Notes: a model not told the origin generated them from the letters alone. Shown: positions 8,198 to 17,328, counted from the stretch's first letter. The stretch: 32,000 nt of DNA from Geobacter metallireducens GS-15 (GCF_000012925.1 NC_007517.1:3330001-3362000); one strand, 5' to 3'. Made by a program: numbers and translations.

Positions 8198-10122
8198 GCC
8201 GGCTCCTCGAACTCCAGCACCTCGCTCGTGGTGATGGGTCTCCGCTCGGAGAGGTAGCCGCGCCACTTGAGGAGCATGTCGAGCAGAGTCACCACCGCCA
8301 GGATGGCCATCAACACCACCAGGCCGGCGTTCATCCTCAAGGTGAAGGCCTCGGCAGCCGTGGCAGCTGCGGCGGCCTTGCCGAGGAAGCTGCCGGTCAG
8401 CTTCCACGCGGCGGTGAAGGTGGTGGCGTACATGAACACCATGGGGAGGACCGTGGTCCAGGCATAGCGCGCCTTGCCGCTCTTGATGAGGATCGTGGTG
8501 CCGATCCCCAGGGCGATGGCCGCCAGGAGCTGATTCGATACCCCGAACATGGGCCAGATGGTGGAGACGTTGCCGGACCAGATCAGGTACGACCAGGCGG
8601 CCACCACGAGAAAGCTGGTGATGATGATGCCGGGGAGCCAGTTCTGCTGGCCCAGGCGGGGGAAAGCCCGGCTCCCCAGCTCCTGGAGGAGAAACCGCGC
8701 CACCCGGGTGCCGGTGTCGACGGTGGTGAGGATGAAGAGGGCCTCGAACATGAGGGCGAAGTTGTACCAGTAGGGCATGAGCCCCTTCATGCCGGGGAGG
8801 GACGACAGGATGGAGGCCATACCCACGGCAAGGGAGACGGCGCCGCCGGGGCGGCCGGCCACGTCGGTCCCCACCATGGCCGACAGCTCACGCACCCGTT
8901 CCACCGGGAAGCCCAGGGCCGCGATGGCGTCGAAGGAGAGCTTCGTATTGATGGCGAAGTAGTCCCCCGGGATGAGGATCGTGGCCGCCACCAGGGCCAT
9001 GACCGACACGAATCCCTCGGCCAGCATGGCGCCATACCCGATCATGGGGATCTCCCGCTCGCTCATGATCATCTTCGGCGTGGTCCCCGAGGAGATGAGG
9101 GAATGGAACCCGGAGACCGCCCCGCAGGCGATGGTGATGAACATAAAGGGGAAGAGCTTGCCGGGGATCACCGGCCCACCGCCGGCCACGAACCGGGTCA
9201 TTGCCGGCATCTGGATGGTGGGGGCCATGAAGACGACCCCGAAGGCCAGGAGGATCACCGTGCCGATCTTCATGTAGGTAGAGAGGTAGTCCCGGGGGCA
9301 GAGGAGCATCCAGACCGGAAGGATGGAGGCGATGAGGCCGTAGGCGGCCATGGCCAGGGTCAGCCCCCCCTTCCCGAGACTGAAGATGGGCTCCAGGGGA
9401 GAGCCGGGGATGAAGTGGCCGCTGAAGACCGCCGCCAGCAAAAGCACAAAGCCGATGGCGCTCACCTCCCCCACCCGGCCGGGGCGGATCTTGTAGAGGT
9501 AGAGCCCCATGAAGAGGGCGATGGGGATGGTAAGGAAAATGGTAAAGGTCCCCCAGGGGCTCTTGGCCAGGGAGTTCACCACCGCGAGCCCCAGCCCAGC
9601 CAAGGCCACGATCAGGATGAAGAGGATGGCGAGAGAGGCCGCCAGCCCCCCCACCGGCCCGATCTCATCCTTGGCGATCCTAGCCAGGGAGCGGCCGTTG
9701 CGCCGCACCGACGCCGCCAGGATCACCATGTCGTGCACCGCCCCCACCATGACGGCCCCCACCAGAAGCCAGAGGAAGCCGGGGAGATAGCCGAACTGGG
9801 CCGCCAGCATGGGACCGATGAGGGGACCGGCGCCAGCGATGGCCGCAAAGTGGTGACCGAAGAGGACCCAGCGGTTGGTGGGGTGGTAATCCATGCCGTC
9901 AGCCAGGCGCCGGGCCGGGGTCTTCAGGCGGGGATCCAGGGAGAGGACCTTCGCCGCCAGAAAGGCGCCATAGAACCGGTAGGCAACTAGGTAGAAACAG
10001 GCGGCGGCCGTCACGAGCCAGAGGGCGTTCACCTTCTCCCCCGGGTTCACGACGCCGGCCACTACAGCAAGGGAACCGGCCGCAACCGCCGAAATCACCA
10101 GCCAGACGAGCTTTCCGAGCAT
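8194..10122 (-). CDS. cstA: carbon starvation protein A family transporter (CstA/BtsT-like)
   Basis: This is a 642-aa polytopic membrane protein. Its N-terminus matches CstA-family signature blocks as I recall them (...YRFYGAFLAAKVLSLDP...TPA...DGMDYHPTNRWVLFGHHFAAIAGAGPLIGPMLAAQFGYLPG...). A GGAGG RBS lies 7 nt upstream of the ATG at 10122. Confidence 0.9.
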   Translation of the reverse strand: MLGKLVWLVISAVAAGSLAVVAGVVNPGEKVNALWLVTAAACFYLVAYRFYGAFLAAKVLSLDPRLKTPARRLADGMDYHPTNRWVLFGHHFAAIAGAGPLIGPMLAAQFGYLPGFLWLLVGAVMVGAVHDMVILAASVRRNGRSLARIAKDEIGPVGGLAASLAILFILIVALAGLGLAVVNSLAKSPWGTFTIFLTIPIALFMGLYLYKIRPGRVGEVSAIGFVLLLAAVFSGHFIPGSPLEPIFSLGKGGLTLAMAAYGLIASILPVWMLLCPRDYLSTYMKIGTVILLAFGVVFMAPTIQMPAMTRFVAGGGPVIPGKLFPFMFITIACGAVSGFHSLISSGTTPKMIMSEREIPMIGYGAMLAEGFVSVMALVAATILIPGDYFAINTKLSFDAIAALGFPVERVRELSAMVGTDVAGRPGGAVSLAVGMASILSSLPGMKGLMPYWYNFALMFEALFILTTVDTGTRVARFLLQELGSRAFPRLGQQNWLPGIIITSFLVVAAWSYLIWSGNVSTIWPMFGVSNQLLAAIALGIGTTILIKSGKARYAWTTVLPMVFMYATTFTAAWKLTGSFLGKAAAAATAAEAFTLRMNAGLVVLMAILAVVTLLDMLLKWRGYLSERRPITTSEVLEFEEPA

Positions 10123-10214
10123 CTATTCGCCTCCTTTCCTGCCGAGCGCCTCTGTGAGACACATCTAACAGTGCCGGAAGCCACACAAAAAATCAAGCGG
10201 CTCGGGAAGTTGGA

Positions 10215-11087
10215 CTATCCCAGCCGAATCATGATCGCACCGGCGAGGATCACCAGGGCCGCGCCGAGACGTATGCGGCCGCATGACTCGCCGAGGAAGA
10301 GAATGCCGATGAGCACCCCCATGAGGATGCTCACCTGCCGCACCGGCACGGCATAGCTCATGGGGGAGAGGTTAAGCCCATAGCGGAACGTGAGAAACGA
10401 CGCCATCATCACCGGGCCGCTCACGAGGATGAGCGGCCAGTGCTCCCGGAATTCGGCGACGATAAGGGGGCGGTAGCAGGGGCGGAGGAGGTTGACCGAC
10501 ATGAGCCCCAGCATGATGAGAACCAGGAAATAGGTGAAGTAGAGGGGGGTGTAGTCCCGCACCCCCACTTTCTCGGCGATGGAGCCGAGGGAGTAGATGA
10601 ATCCCGCCGCAAGGGCGTTTCGAACCGTCGGGGAACCGAGATTGCGGAAGGGCCGCAGGAATTCCGCCAGGGAGAGGCGCTCCATCTGCACCGAGAAGGC
10701 CCCCAGGATCACCAGGAGGATGCCGGCGATCCCCGGCATCGTCAGCCGCTCTCCCAGGATGCTCATTCCCCAGATGGGGACGTAGACCATGGAAGTCTGG
10801 GAGAGGGGGTAGACCACCGACAAGTCCCCCCCCCGGTACGCGCGGCCGTTCAAGAGGTGGTAGAGGACAAAGCAGACCGCCCCTGCCGTCACGAGGAGGA
10901 GGGTAGCAGGGTCGGGCCACCGGAACCGCTCCGGCAGGAACGGTATCGTGAGGGTGAAGAGGGAACTGGAGGCGACAAACATCCACCAGATGAAGACGGT
11001 CTTGTGCCTGCTCCGCTTCACCAGCAGGTTCCAGAGGGCGTGCATCACGGCGGAGATGACGATGAGGGTAAAGGCGAGAGTGCTCAC
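10215..11087 (-). CDS. EamA/DMT-superfamily transporter
   Basis: The 290-aa ORF has about 10 hydrophobic helices arranged as two EamA-like halves. It uses a GTG start at 11087, and the exact start is uncertain. Confidence 0.75.
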   Translation of the reverse strand: MSTLAFTLIVISAVMHALWNLLVKRSRHKTVFIWWMFVASSSLFTLTIPFLPERFRWPDPATLLLVTAGAVCFVLYHLLNGRAYRGGDLSVVYPLSQTSMVYVPIWGMSILGERLTMPGIAGILLVILGAFSVQMERLSLAEFLRPFRNLGSPTVRNALAAGFIYSLGSIAEKVGVRDYTPLYFTYFLVLIMLGLMSVNLLRPCYRPLIVAEFREHWPLILVSGPVMMASFLTFRYGLNLSPMSYAVPVRQVSILMGVLIGILFLGESCGRIRLGAALVILAGAIMIRLG

Positions 11088-11105
11088 CAGGGAAGTATAG
11101 CCAAA

Positions 11106-11135
11106 CTAAAATTTTAGTGATAGTAAAAATTTTAG
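11106..11135. promoter_or_regulatory. AT-rich palindrome/direct repeat upstream of the EamA gene
   Basis: CTAAAATTTTAG (11106-11117) is a perfect 12-bp palindrome. AAAATTTTAG recurs at 11126-11135. The block begins 19 nt upstream of the GTG start, so it is a possible operator or promoter element. Confidence 0.35.
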
Positions 11136-11139
11136 CCAT

Positions 11140-11319
11140 TCGCCGGAGCGGCACCCATATCTCGGTTCCGAGATTTTCCGGTTTGGTGCGACGCGAGTCC
11201 CGGTTGAGATAGACCTCGAAGCAGGGGGCATCCCGCAACTTCTCGCCGCTGCTCGGGAGCCAGCGGGAGAAGATCACGCAGTAGGTGTCCGCAATGGCGA
11301 ACAACCGCTCCGCAGCCGA
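11140..11319 (-). pseudogene. remnant of a GyrI-like (SbmC/AraC effector-binding) domain gene, C-terminal ~60 codons only
   Basis: The minus frame reads ...SAAERLFAIADTYCVIFSRWLPSSGEKLRDAPCFEVYLNRDSRRTKPENLGTEIWVPLRR. This resembles the C-terminus of GyrI-like domains (compare E. coli SbmC ...PKPCFEVYLNN...). The frame is closed by TAG TAA immediately upstream (11320-11325). It has no start codon or N-terminal half, and no stop of its own: it runs on into the EamA gene out of frame. Confidence 0.45.
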
Positions 11320-11374
11320 TTACTACACCGGGGGATTCCGCTCGTAGCGCTGTGCGATTCGATCGGAATCCATA

Positions 11375-12061
11375 CTAGACCCTCGCCTTTAAGAGATAAT
11401 CGTAGAACGGGGCCAGCATTCCAAAGCCAGTGCGCAGGTCGTCCACCAGCTTCCGCGAGAAGAGGGCATTGTCCGGCTGCCGGTTGCAGACGAGGTAAAG
11501 GTTTTTTCGCCGGTGCCACTCCTGCAGATCCTCGGGCAGATCGTGCCGCAAGGGTCTTCGATACACCTCCCCCTCAAGCACAAACCGTTTCTGCCCCCCG
11601 AGGAACGCCACGGTCTCCCGAAACTGCGCAGGCTTACGCTCGATCGTTTCCCGCAACCGGTCCATGGTCCCTTTCGAGGCGCTGTAAAATCCCATGCCGA
11701 AACGGTAGGAACAGGCGGTCAGCTCGAAAAAATAACACGGCGCATCCCGCCACTCCGTAATCTGACGCTTGAAGGTGATCCACAGGGTTGTCTTGTAAGG
11801 GGATTTGTCGCGGGAAAAGCGCGTGTCGCGGTGGATGCGGGAAATCGCTCTGCCCGGAACCGTCACAAAATCCTGGTCAATGGAGAGCATGAAATCGGAA
11901 AGCTCCGCAACCAGGGCCTTCATCGGCTCCAGCAGGCGTTCTTCGTAATCCCCTCGGTGCGTCTCGAACCATGCTTTGGTGTTGTTCCCGGCCAGACTGC
12001 TTAAGAACGTTACTGTTTGCGGCGAGAAACCGGTGAACGTGCCGCGGGGTCTATCGTCCAT
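11375..12061 (-). CDS. DUF2461 (TIGR02453) family protein
   Basis: The product is MDDRPRGTFTGFSPQTVTFLSSLAGNNTKAWFETHRGDYEERLLEPMKAL...RIHRDTRFSRDKSPYKT..., which matches the family signature from memory. I prefer the ATG at 12061, which has a purine-rich AAGGAAAAGG upstream. An alternative ATG lies at 12094. Confidence 0.7.
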   Translation of the reverse strand: MDDRPRGTFTGFSPQTVTFLSSLAGNNTKAWFETHRGDYEERLLEPMKALVAELSDFMLSIDQDFVTVPGRAISRIHRDTRFSRDKSPYKTTLWITFKRQITEWRDAPCYFFELTACSYRFGMGFYSASKGTMDRLRETIERKPAQFRETVAFLGGQKRFVLEGEVYRRPLRHDLPEDLQEWHRRKNLYLVCNRQPDNALFSRKLVDDLRTGFGMLAPFYDYLLKARV

Positions 12062-12120
12062 AGCCTTTTCCTTTACGAGTCGATGCCTTCCCATCCGGAC
12101 AGTCCCCCCTGTCCCGGCCC

Positions 12121-12678
12121 TCAGCCCTTCTTAGCCAGCGAACCGACCCACGCAGCCGTGGTCATCACCGTGGCGAACATGAGCTGTTGTGTCACCAGCA
12201 CCGTCCGGTGAAGCTCTTCGGCGGTGACGGAGCCGGCGTTGTTTGCAAACGCCAGCGTTCCCGTGGCATCGGAGAGGAACTCCACGCTGAAGCCTCGGTG
12301 AAACGCCTGGCGGGACGTGGTGTCGCAGCACATCTGGGTCATGTAGCCGCTGATGACCACGGTGCCGATCTCCCGCTCGCGGAGCCAGGCCTCCAGGCCC
12401 GTGCCCGTAAAGCTCCCCGGCAACTGCTTTTCCAGCAGCAGGTCGTGGGGGCGTTGGGCCACCTCAGGGTGAAGGTCCCAGGCCGGCGTTCCCGGCTGGA
12501 AACTCGCCGCACCGGGGCGGTTGGACGAATGGCGGACGACGACCACCGGAATCCCGTTGGCCGTGGCGGCATCCATGGCAGCGAGGATGTTGGCGAAGCT
12601 CCCCGCCGGATGGGTCACCGGCAGCGCGCCGGTGAAGTATTCGTTCTGTACGTCGATGACCAGCAATGCCTTTTTCAT
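12121..12678 (-). CDS. isochorismatase-family cysteine hydrolase
   Basis: The product is [15 protein letters not shown]...VVVVRH...[19 protein letters not shown], which shows the D/K/C catalytic-triad context typical of the family. Confidence 0.85.
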   Translation of the reverse strand: MKKALLVIDVQNEYFTGALPVTHPAGSFANILAAMDAATANGIPVVVVRHSSNRPGAASFQPGTPAWDLHPEVAQRPHDLLLEKQLPGSFTGTGLEAWLREREIGTVVISGYMTQMCCDTTSRQAFHRGFSVEFLSDATGTLAFANNAGSVTAEELHRTVLVTQQLMFATVMTTAAWVGSLAKKG

Positions 12679-12696
12679 GGTCCTCTGTCCTTTCCC

Positions 12697-13224
12697 CTAC
12701 ATATCGCTTATCACTCTCCCGAAGGCCTCGACCTGGCCCCAGTCGGTGAATTCCACAACGGCTTTGGGGTCGGTCGGCCCCTTGGTCATCCGCATGATCA
12801 GCCGAATCATCAGGCGGTCGAAAAACCGGTAGCTCGGATAATCGATTTTTCCGGCGAAGACTGCCAGCTTTCTCGGTTTCCACTCTATTCGATTGAGGAA
12901 TTTCTGCAGGTAGGGGTTGTGCTCGGGCTTGCTCTTCTCGGGTTTTCGCGCCACGACGTTTACCGAAAAAAACGCGTTCGGTCTGCTCTCCAGAAATGAC
13001 TTGTTCTTCTCGATGAAGTCGGTAATCAGCGGGCTGTGCTTACCGTAGCGGATGCTGGCCCCGATGACGATCTTGTCGAAGGCCGTCAGGTCAAGGCTCG
13101 GTGCATCCTCAATGGGAACAACGGTGACGTGGTGTGACTGACGTTCGATGACCTCTTGCAATCTCCTGGATATCCTTCTGGTTTGCCCGTCCGTGGTGGC
13201 ATAGATGATGAGAATGTTTGCCAT
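12697..13224 (-). CDS. hemG: menaquinone-dependent protoporphyrinogen IX dehydrogenase (flavodoxin-like)
   Basis: The 175-aa product aligns along its whole length with my recollection of E. coli HemG. Shared blocks include ILIIYATTDGQTRRIS, VIGASIRYGKH, NAFFSVNVVARKPEKSKPEHNPY, YPSYRFFDRLMIRLIMRMTKGPTD and FTDWGQVEAF. Confidence 0.85.
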   Translation of the reverse strand: MANILIIYATTDGQTRRISRRLQEVIERQSHHVTVVPIEDAPSLDLTAFDKIVIGASIRYGKHSPLITDFIEKNKSFLESRPNAFFSVNVVARKPEKSKPEHNPYLQKFLNRIEWKPRKLAVFAGKIDYPSYRFFDRLMIRLIMRMTKGPTDPKAVVEFTDWGQVEAFGRVISDM

Positions 13225-13317
13225 GATCTGAAGAAGTTTCCTCTCGGGGTATGGTCGTGACAGCGTGAAGGCCTGTCGCTGCGCGCCCGGCCAGGACCGT
13301 GTCCCTGGCTGTTATGG

Positions 13318-13962
13318 CTAGAATTTACTCCGGTCACCGCCCGAAGAACGCTCCAGTTTTTTCTCGCGGACTCGCCGGTCTTCAACCGCCGCCTTTTCCG
13401 CAAGCTTGTCGTCAACGTACAGGACGACCACCTCTCCGCCCATCATTTTCCAGTGCGATTCCATGGTTACCGTGTCGCCGCCCCCCTTCCAAGTGCGGCG
13501 CTTCACATCGCGCACCTTGTCGACCAGTCCCCCGATCATGCTTTCCGCTGCCGGCTCACCCTGGTCCCTGTATTTGGTATCGAGTTGCCGGGCAATGGTA
13601 TCAGCCAGAACATCCATATCCGCCTTTTCCGAAGACATGGGGAGCACCACCGTCACCCGCAACGTGTGGAGCACGCGGCTCAAGGGCGCGAAGGAAAACA
13701 GTATCCTCGCATCATACCCCATGAGCTTGGTGTCGCACTGGTATTCAACCTTGACGGCCAGATCCTCGGGCTCCTTTTTTGAAAACAACCCGCCACCCGC
13801 CAACTTGACAGAGACATCCTTCTTTTTCCCCGCCTCAATGACTCGGTCAGGTTTCATGCCGGATTTCCACACATCAAACACGAAGGCATCCGCCGATGCA
13901 GAAGCAATCAGCAGGAGGCCTAAGGCTGAGATTATACGTTTGGTTGCTGCTCTGTGAGACAT
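13318..13962 (-). CDS. exported hypothetical protein
   Basis: The ATG at 13962 has an AGGAGG RBS 6 nt upstream. The signal peptide is MSHRAATKRIISALGLLLIASASADA. I recognise no family. The ORF-track N-terminal extension to 14148 overlaps the neighbouring methyltransferase gene. Confidence 0.6.
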   Translation of the reverse strand: MSHRAATKRIISALGLLLIASASADAFVFDVWKSGMKPDRVIEAGKKKDVSVKLAGGGLFSKKEPEDLAVKVEYQCDTKLMGYDARILFSFAPLSRVLHTLRVTVVLPMSSEKADMDVLADTIARQLDTKYRDQGEPAAESMIGGLVDKVRDVKRRTWKGGGDTVTMESHWKMMGGEVVVLYVDDKLAEKAAVEDRRVREKKLERSSGGDRSKF

Positions 13963-14017
13963 ATGGTTCCTCCTGATTGGGCGATAAATGTTTTTCGTCG
14001 TACCAAGGCTCTCCTCT

Positions 14018-14623
14018 TCACGGCTTGCGCGCCACCACCTGCACCACGGCGCCCCGCCCGGTGTGGAACCGTCCCTCCACCACCTCCCGCTCGATCTCCC
14101 GGGCCTGGAGGAATTCCAGACCGGCCAGCTCCTCCCGCAGGCCGGCAAGGGTCATCATCACCTCCTCCGTCGGCGGGCCACCGGTCCGAAGCTTCAGCTG
14201 CGCCGGCGTGTACGCCTCCAGAATGAAGAGCCCGCCGGGGCGAAGCCCCTCGACCACTTTGCGGTGGAGTGCCCGGCGCACCTGCGGCGGGACATGGCAG
14301 AAGATGGAGACGATGGCGTCCCAGCACACCGGTTCGATGGCGAATTCAGCCAGATCGGCGGTCTCGGTCTCGATCCGCACCCCGCTCTCCTCGGCCAGCC
14401 GCGCCGCCTTGACCAGCCCCACGGCGGAGGAATCCACCGCCAGTACCCGATGCCCCTGCTTTGCCAGAAAGACGGCGTTCCGTCCTTCTCCCTCGGCGAG
14501 GCAGAGGACATCCCCCGGCGGAATCTGCTGGACCACTTCGGCGAGGAAGGCGTTGGGCTCCCGCCCGTAGACAAAATCCGTCGTATCGTATCGTTCATCC
14601 CACATGGTTTTCCGGTCAGACAT
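14018..14623 (-). CDS. class I SAM-dependent methyltransferase (TehB-like size)
   Basis: The 201-aa product has SAM-binding motif I (VLCLAEGEGRNAVFLA) followed by an acidic residue (VLAVDSS). An AAGGAG RBS lies upstream of the ATG at 14623. Confidence 0.8.
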   Translation of the reverse strand: MSDRKTMWDERYDTTDFVYGREPNAFLAEVVQQIPPGDVLCLAEGEGRNAVFLAKQGHRVLAVDSSAVGLVKAARLAEESGVRIETETADLAEFAIEPVCWDAIVSIFCHVPPQVRRALHRKVVEGLRPGGLFILEAYTPAQLKLRTGGPPTEEVMMTLAGLREELAGLEFLQAREIEREVVEGRFHTGRGAVVQVVARKP

Positions 14624-14798
14624 GGCTGCTCCTTCTCGATTTCACGGTGATATAGTGCCTTTAAAATAACAGACAACGCTAGCCGCCAGGCTTCGGGAAC
14701 GGTAGGTCCGGGCGGGTGCAGCGGTCAAGTCCGCGTCTCTTCTTCATCCTCCACCAGCAGCATTGAAACCGGCCTCCCCGGCGTTTCAGCAGTCACCG

Positions 14799-17141
14799 TC
14801 ACACCTCGATCCTGAACTCTGCGCCGTCGGCCGTGTTGCACACCGTCAGCTTCCCCCCCATGTTGTTCTCGATGATCGTCTTCGCCATGAACAACCCCAC
14901 CCCTGACCCCTGATGGGGTCCCTTGGTGGTGAAGTAGGGATTAAAAATCTTGTCTATGATCTCTTCCGGGATGCCGCCGGCATTGTCGGCAATGGTCACG
15001 ACCGCCTTCCGGCCTTCGGCGCCGATGGCGATGGTGATCTTCGGGTGCTGCACGCCCCTCTCCGTCAGGGCATCCCTGGCATTGACCAGGATGTTGAGCA
15101 GCGCCTGGGCGAATTCGTTCTCATAGCCGGTTATAACTACATCATCCAGCACCTTCAGCTCAACATCGATCTGCTGGTGCCGTAGATTGTCCCCGATGAG
15201 CGACAGGGACCGGGCGATTGTCTCGCGCCCGCTGAAATCGATCCGGGCCTTGTCCGGCTTGAAATAGTTTCTGAAATCATCGATGGTCTTGGACATGTAC
15301 TGGATAAGCTCCATCGACCGGTTGACCGCCTGCTCCAGGAATTCCCTGTTGAACTCGCCAAGATCGTAGAACAGGGGCAACTGCTGGATGGTGAGCCCCA
15401 GGGTGTTCAGGGGTTGCCGCCACTGGTGGGCGATATTGCCGATCATCTCACCCATGGCTGCCTGGCGCCCCTGAACCAGCAGCATCCGGTCCTTTTCCCG
15501 CAACTGCGCCGTCCGTTCGGCGACCCGCTGTTCCAGAATCTCGTTCAGCTTTCTAAGCTCCTCTTCGGCCTGCGTCCGTTCGATGAGGTCGGTGACCTGT
15601 CTGGCCAGCAGGTCCATCCGCCACAGGTCGTGCTCATCGGGCACGTGCGGCGAGTCCCAATGCGTGGTAAGGACGCCGAGCACCCGGCCGGAGCGGGTGA
15701 AGAGCGGCGTGGATTGCATCGCGCGCACCCCGGCGGCGCGCAGCACCGACAACGACGGCGTGCCGGCGAACAACGGGCTTTCCTCCACGTCGTGGACCAC
15801 CACCCGTTCGCCGCACTGCATCGCCTTGCCACACGTGGAGGCGACGTTTTCGGCGGCCGTAAAAAAATCCAGGAACGGCGGCTCGTGGCCGTGGTGCGCA
15901 ACAATGTGCAACGTATCGGCTTCGAGCAATTGCAGCGTCCCCTTGGCCGCGCCGACGATGCTTAATGCCGCGTCCATCGCCTCCTGGAGGAGCTGCTGGA
16001 GACCCGCCGTTTCCAGCAGCTTGCCACTTAACTCGTGCATGCGCGTAAGGGCGGCCAAGTCCGCCTGCAATTCCTTCTCCGCCTTGCGCCGAAGCATGGC
16101 GACGGCCACATGGTCGGCGACCGTCTTCATCAGCTCCAGATCGTCACTGCTGAACGAATCCCTGTCGGTCGCCCCGAAGGAGAGGGTCCCGATGGCTTCG
16201 TTGGCCGGGCCCAGCAGCGGATGGCAGGCATAGGCGCGAATGCCGAGGCTCCGGACCAGGGAACTGCGCGGATCGGCGCTGGACCCGAGGTTCTCCGCAT
16301 GAACCCGGCAGCGGCCCTGGGCAGCCGTGCCGCAGAGGGATCCGGAAAGCTCCAGATCTTCCACAAGCCGCGCCAGCCGCCTGTCTACCCCGCCGCAGGC
16401 GTTGAATTTGAGCCTCCCGGTGTGGGGATCGAAGAGATAGTTGAAAAAAACCGCGCACTGCAGGAATTCCCGAACCTCATTGCATAATTGCTCGACCACG
16501 TCCTGGGGATCCGCGGCGGTCAGCAGGGCGCTGATGGTCCGCGACAACAGTTCCGAACGTTCCTCGCTCGCGCGCAGTTCCTTTTCGGTTTTTCTGCGCT
16601 GGGTAATGTCGGAGAAACAGACGGCAATGCCGTCGCCGAGCTTGATGGTCATGTTGCGGAACCAGCCGTCAACCCCCTCGGACTGGTAGTGAAGCTCGTA
16701 ATCATGGGGTTCGCCCGTCTCGACAACCTGAACGTAGCGCTCGAAGAGGTCGCTGTTCTCCTGGTTTCCGGGCAGGACCTCCAGCAGCCGCCGGCCCACC
16801 AGCTCTGCCTGTGGTTGCCGCAACATCCGGCTTGCCGGCGGGTTCACGTATGTCCAGCGGAAATCCACCACATGTCCACCATCGTCCCGGACAGCTTCCA
16901 TCAACGTAAAGCCGTCCAGTGAAAGCTCCTGGGCCGCCAGGAACCGCGTTTCGCTTTCCTTCCGCGCCAGCACGGCGCTTTTCCGCTCCACCTCCTCCTC
17001 GGCCAATCGCCGGGTCAGCTCTTCCGCCATCCGGGCCTGCGATTCGGCCTCGCGGGCACGCTTTTCCGCCTCAACAAGGCGAGCGCGGAGGTCCTTGTTT
17101 TCCGCCAGCAACTCCTCACTGGTTTTCGTCTTTATAGTCAT
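14799..17141 (-). CDS. cytoplasmic sensor histidine kinase (coiled coil-PAS-GAF-GAF-HisKA-HATPase)
   Basis: The H-box is IGNIAHQWRQPLN, and the N/G boxes (ILVNARDA, DNAGGI, GSGVGL) lie at the C-terminus. PAS-like and two GAF-like regions lie upstream, and no TM helices are seen. I prefer the ATG at 17141 (MTIKTKTSEELL) because the predicted promoter lies inside the longer ORF-track version. Confidence 0.85.
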   Translation of the reverse strand: MTIKTKTSEELLAENKDLRARLVEAEKRAREAESQARMAEELTRRLAEEEVERKSAVLARKESETRFLAAQELSLDGFTLMEAVRDDGGHVVDFRWTYVNPPASRMLRQPQAELVGRRLLEVLPGNQENSDLFERYVQVVETGEPHDYELHYQSEGVDGWFRNMTIKLGDGIAVCFSDITQRRKTEKELRASEERSELLSRTISALLTAADPQDVVEQLCNEVREFLQCAVFFNYLFDPHTGRLKFNACGGVDRRLARLVEDLELSGSLCGTAAQGRCRVHAENLGSSADPRSSLVRSLGIRAYACHPLLGPANEAIGTLSFGATDRDSFSSDDLELMKTVADHVAVAMLRRKAEKELQADLAALTRMHELSGKLLETAGLQQLLQEAMDAALSIVGAAKGTLQLLEADTLHIVAHHGHEPPFLDFFTAAENVASTCGKAMQCGERVVVHDVEESPLFAGTPSLSVLRAAGVRAMQSTPLFTRSGRVLGVLTTHWDSPHVPDEHDLWRMDLLARQVTDLIERTQAEEELRKLNEILEQRVAERTAQLREKDRMLLVQGRQAAMGEMIGNIAHQWRQPLNTLGLTIQQLPLFYDLGEFNREFLEQAVNRSMELIQYMSKTIDDFRNYFKPDKARIDFSGRETIARSLSLIGDNLRHQQIDVELKVLDDVVITGYENEFAQALLNILVNARDALTERGVQHPKITIAIGAEGRKAVVTIADNAGGIPEEIIDKIFNPYFTTKGPHQGSGVGLFMAKTIIENNMGGKLTVCNTADGAEFRIEV

Positions 17142-17261
17142 GGACTGAAGCCTCTGCGCCCGTTTCGAGGAGAACCGGTTCTTCCTGAGCCGGATACTGG
17201 CTCGCAACGGCGGATGGTGCAGCTTGACGAACAAGGGCGCGACGACCGTTCCCATCAAACT

Positions 17262-17289
17262 ATAATAAATTGCCAGCCTTGAGAGTCAA
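17262..17289 (-). promoter_or_regulatory. putative sigma70-type promoter of the histidine kinase gene
   Basis: The minus strand reads TTGACT (17289-17284), a 16-nt spacer, then TATTAT (17267-17262). The -35 element overlaps the palindrome CTTGAGAGTCAAG (17278-17290). Confidence 0.45.
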
Positions 17290-17328
17290 GGGACGGGAGA
17301 GGGCCGGAGTGTCCGTCCCGTCACACCA

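Noticed and set aside
7712-8407. Long N-terminal extensions in the ORF track (folA 231 aa; also 13318-14148, 18992-19753, 14799-17258, 26656-27207, 6579-7787)
   Set aside because: The extensions overlap the upstream gene in another frame. The biologically sensible starts have an RBS, a signal peptide, homologous N-termini or ATGA coupling further downstream.
10372-11304. 310-aa ORF overlapping the EamA gene
   Set aside because: Only its first ~55 codons look protein-like (the GyrI-like remnant). The rest is an out-of-frame read through the EamA coding region.
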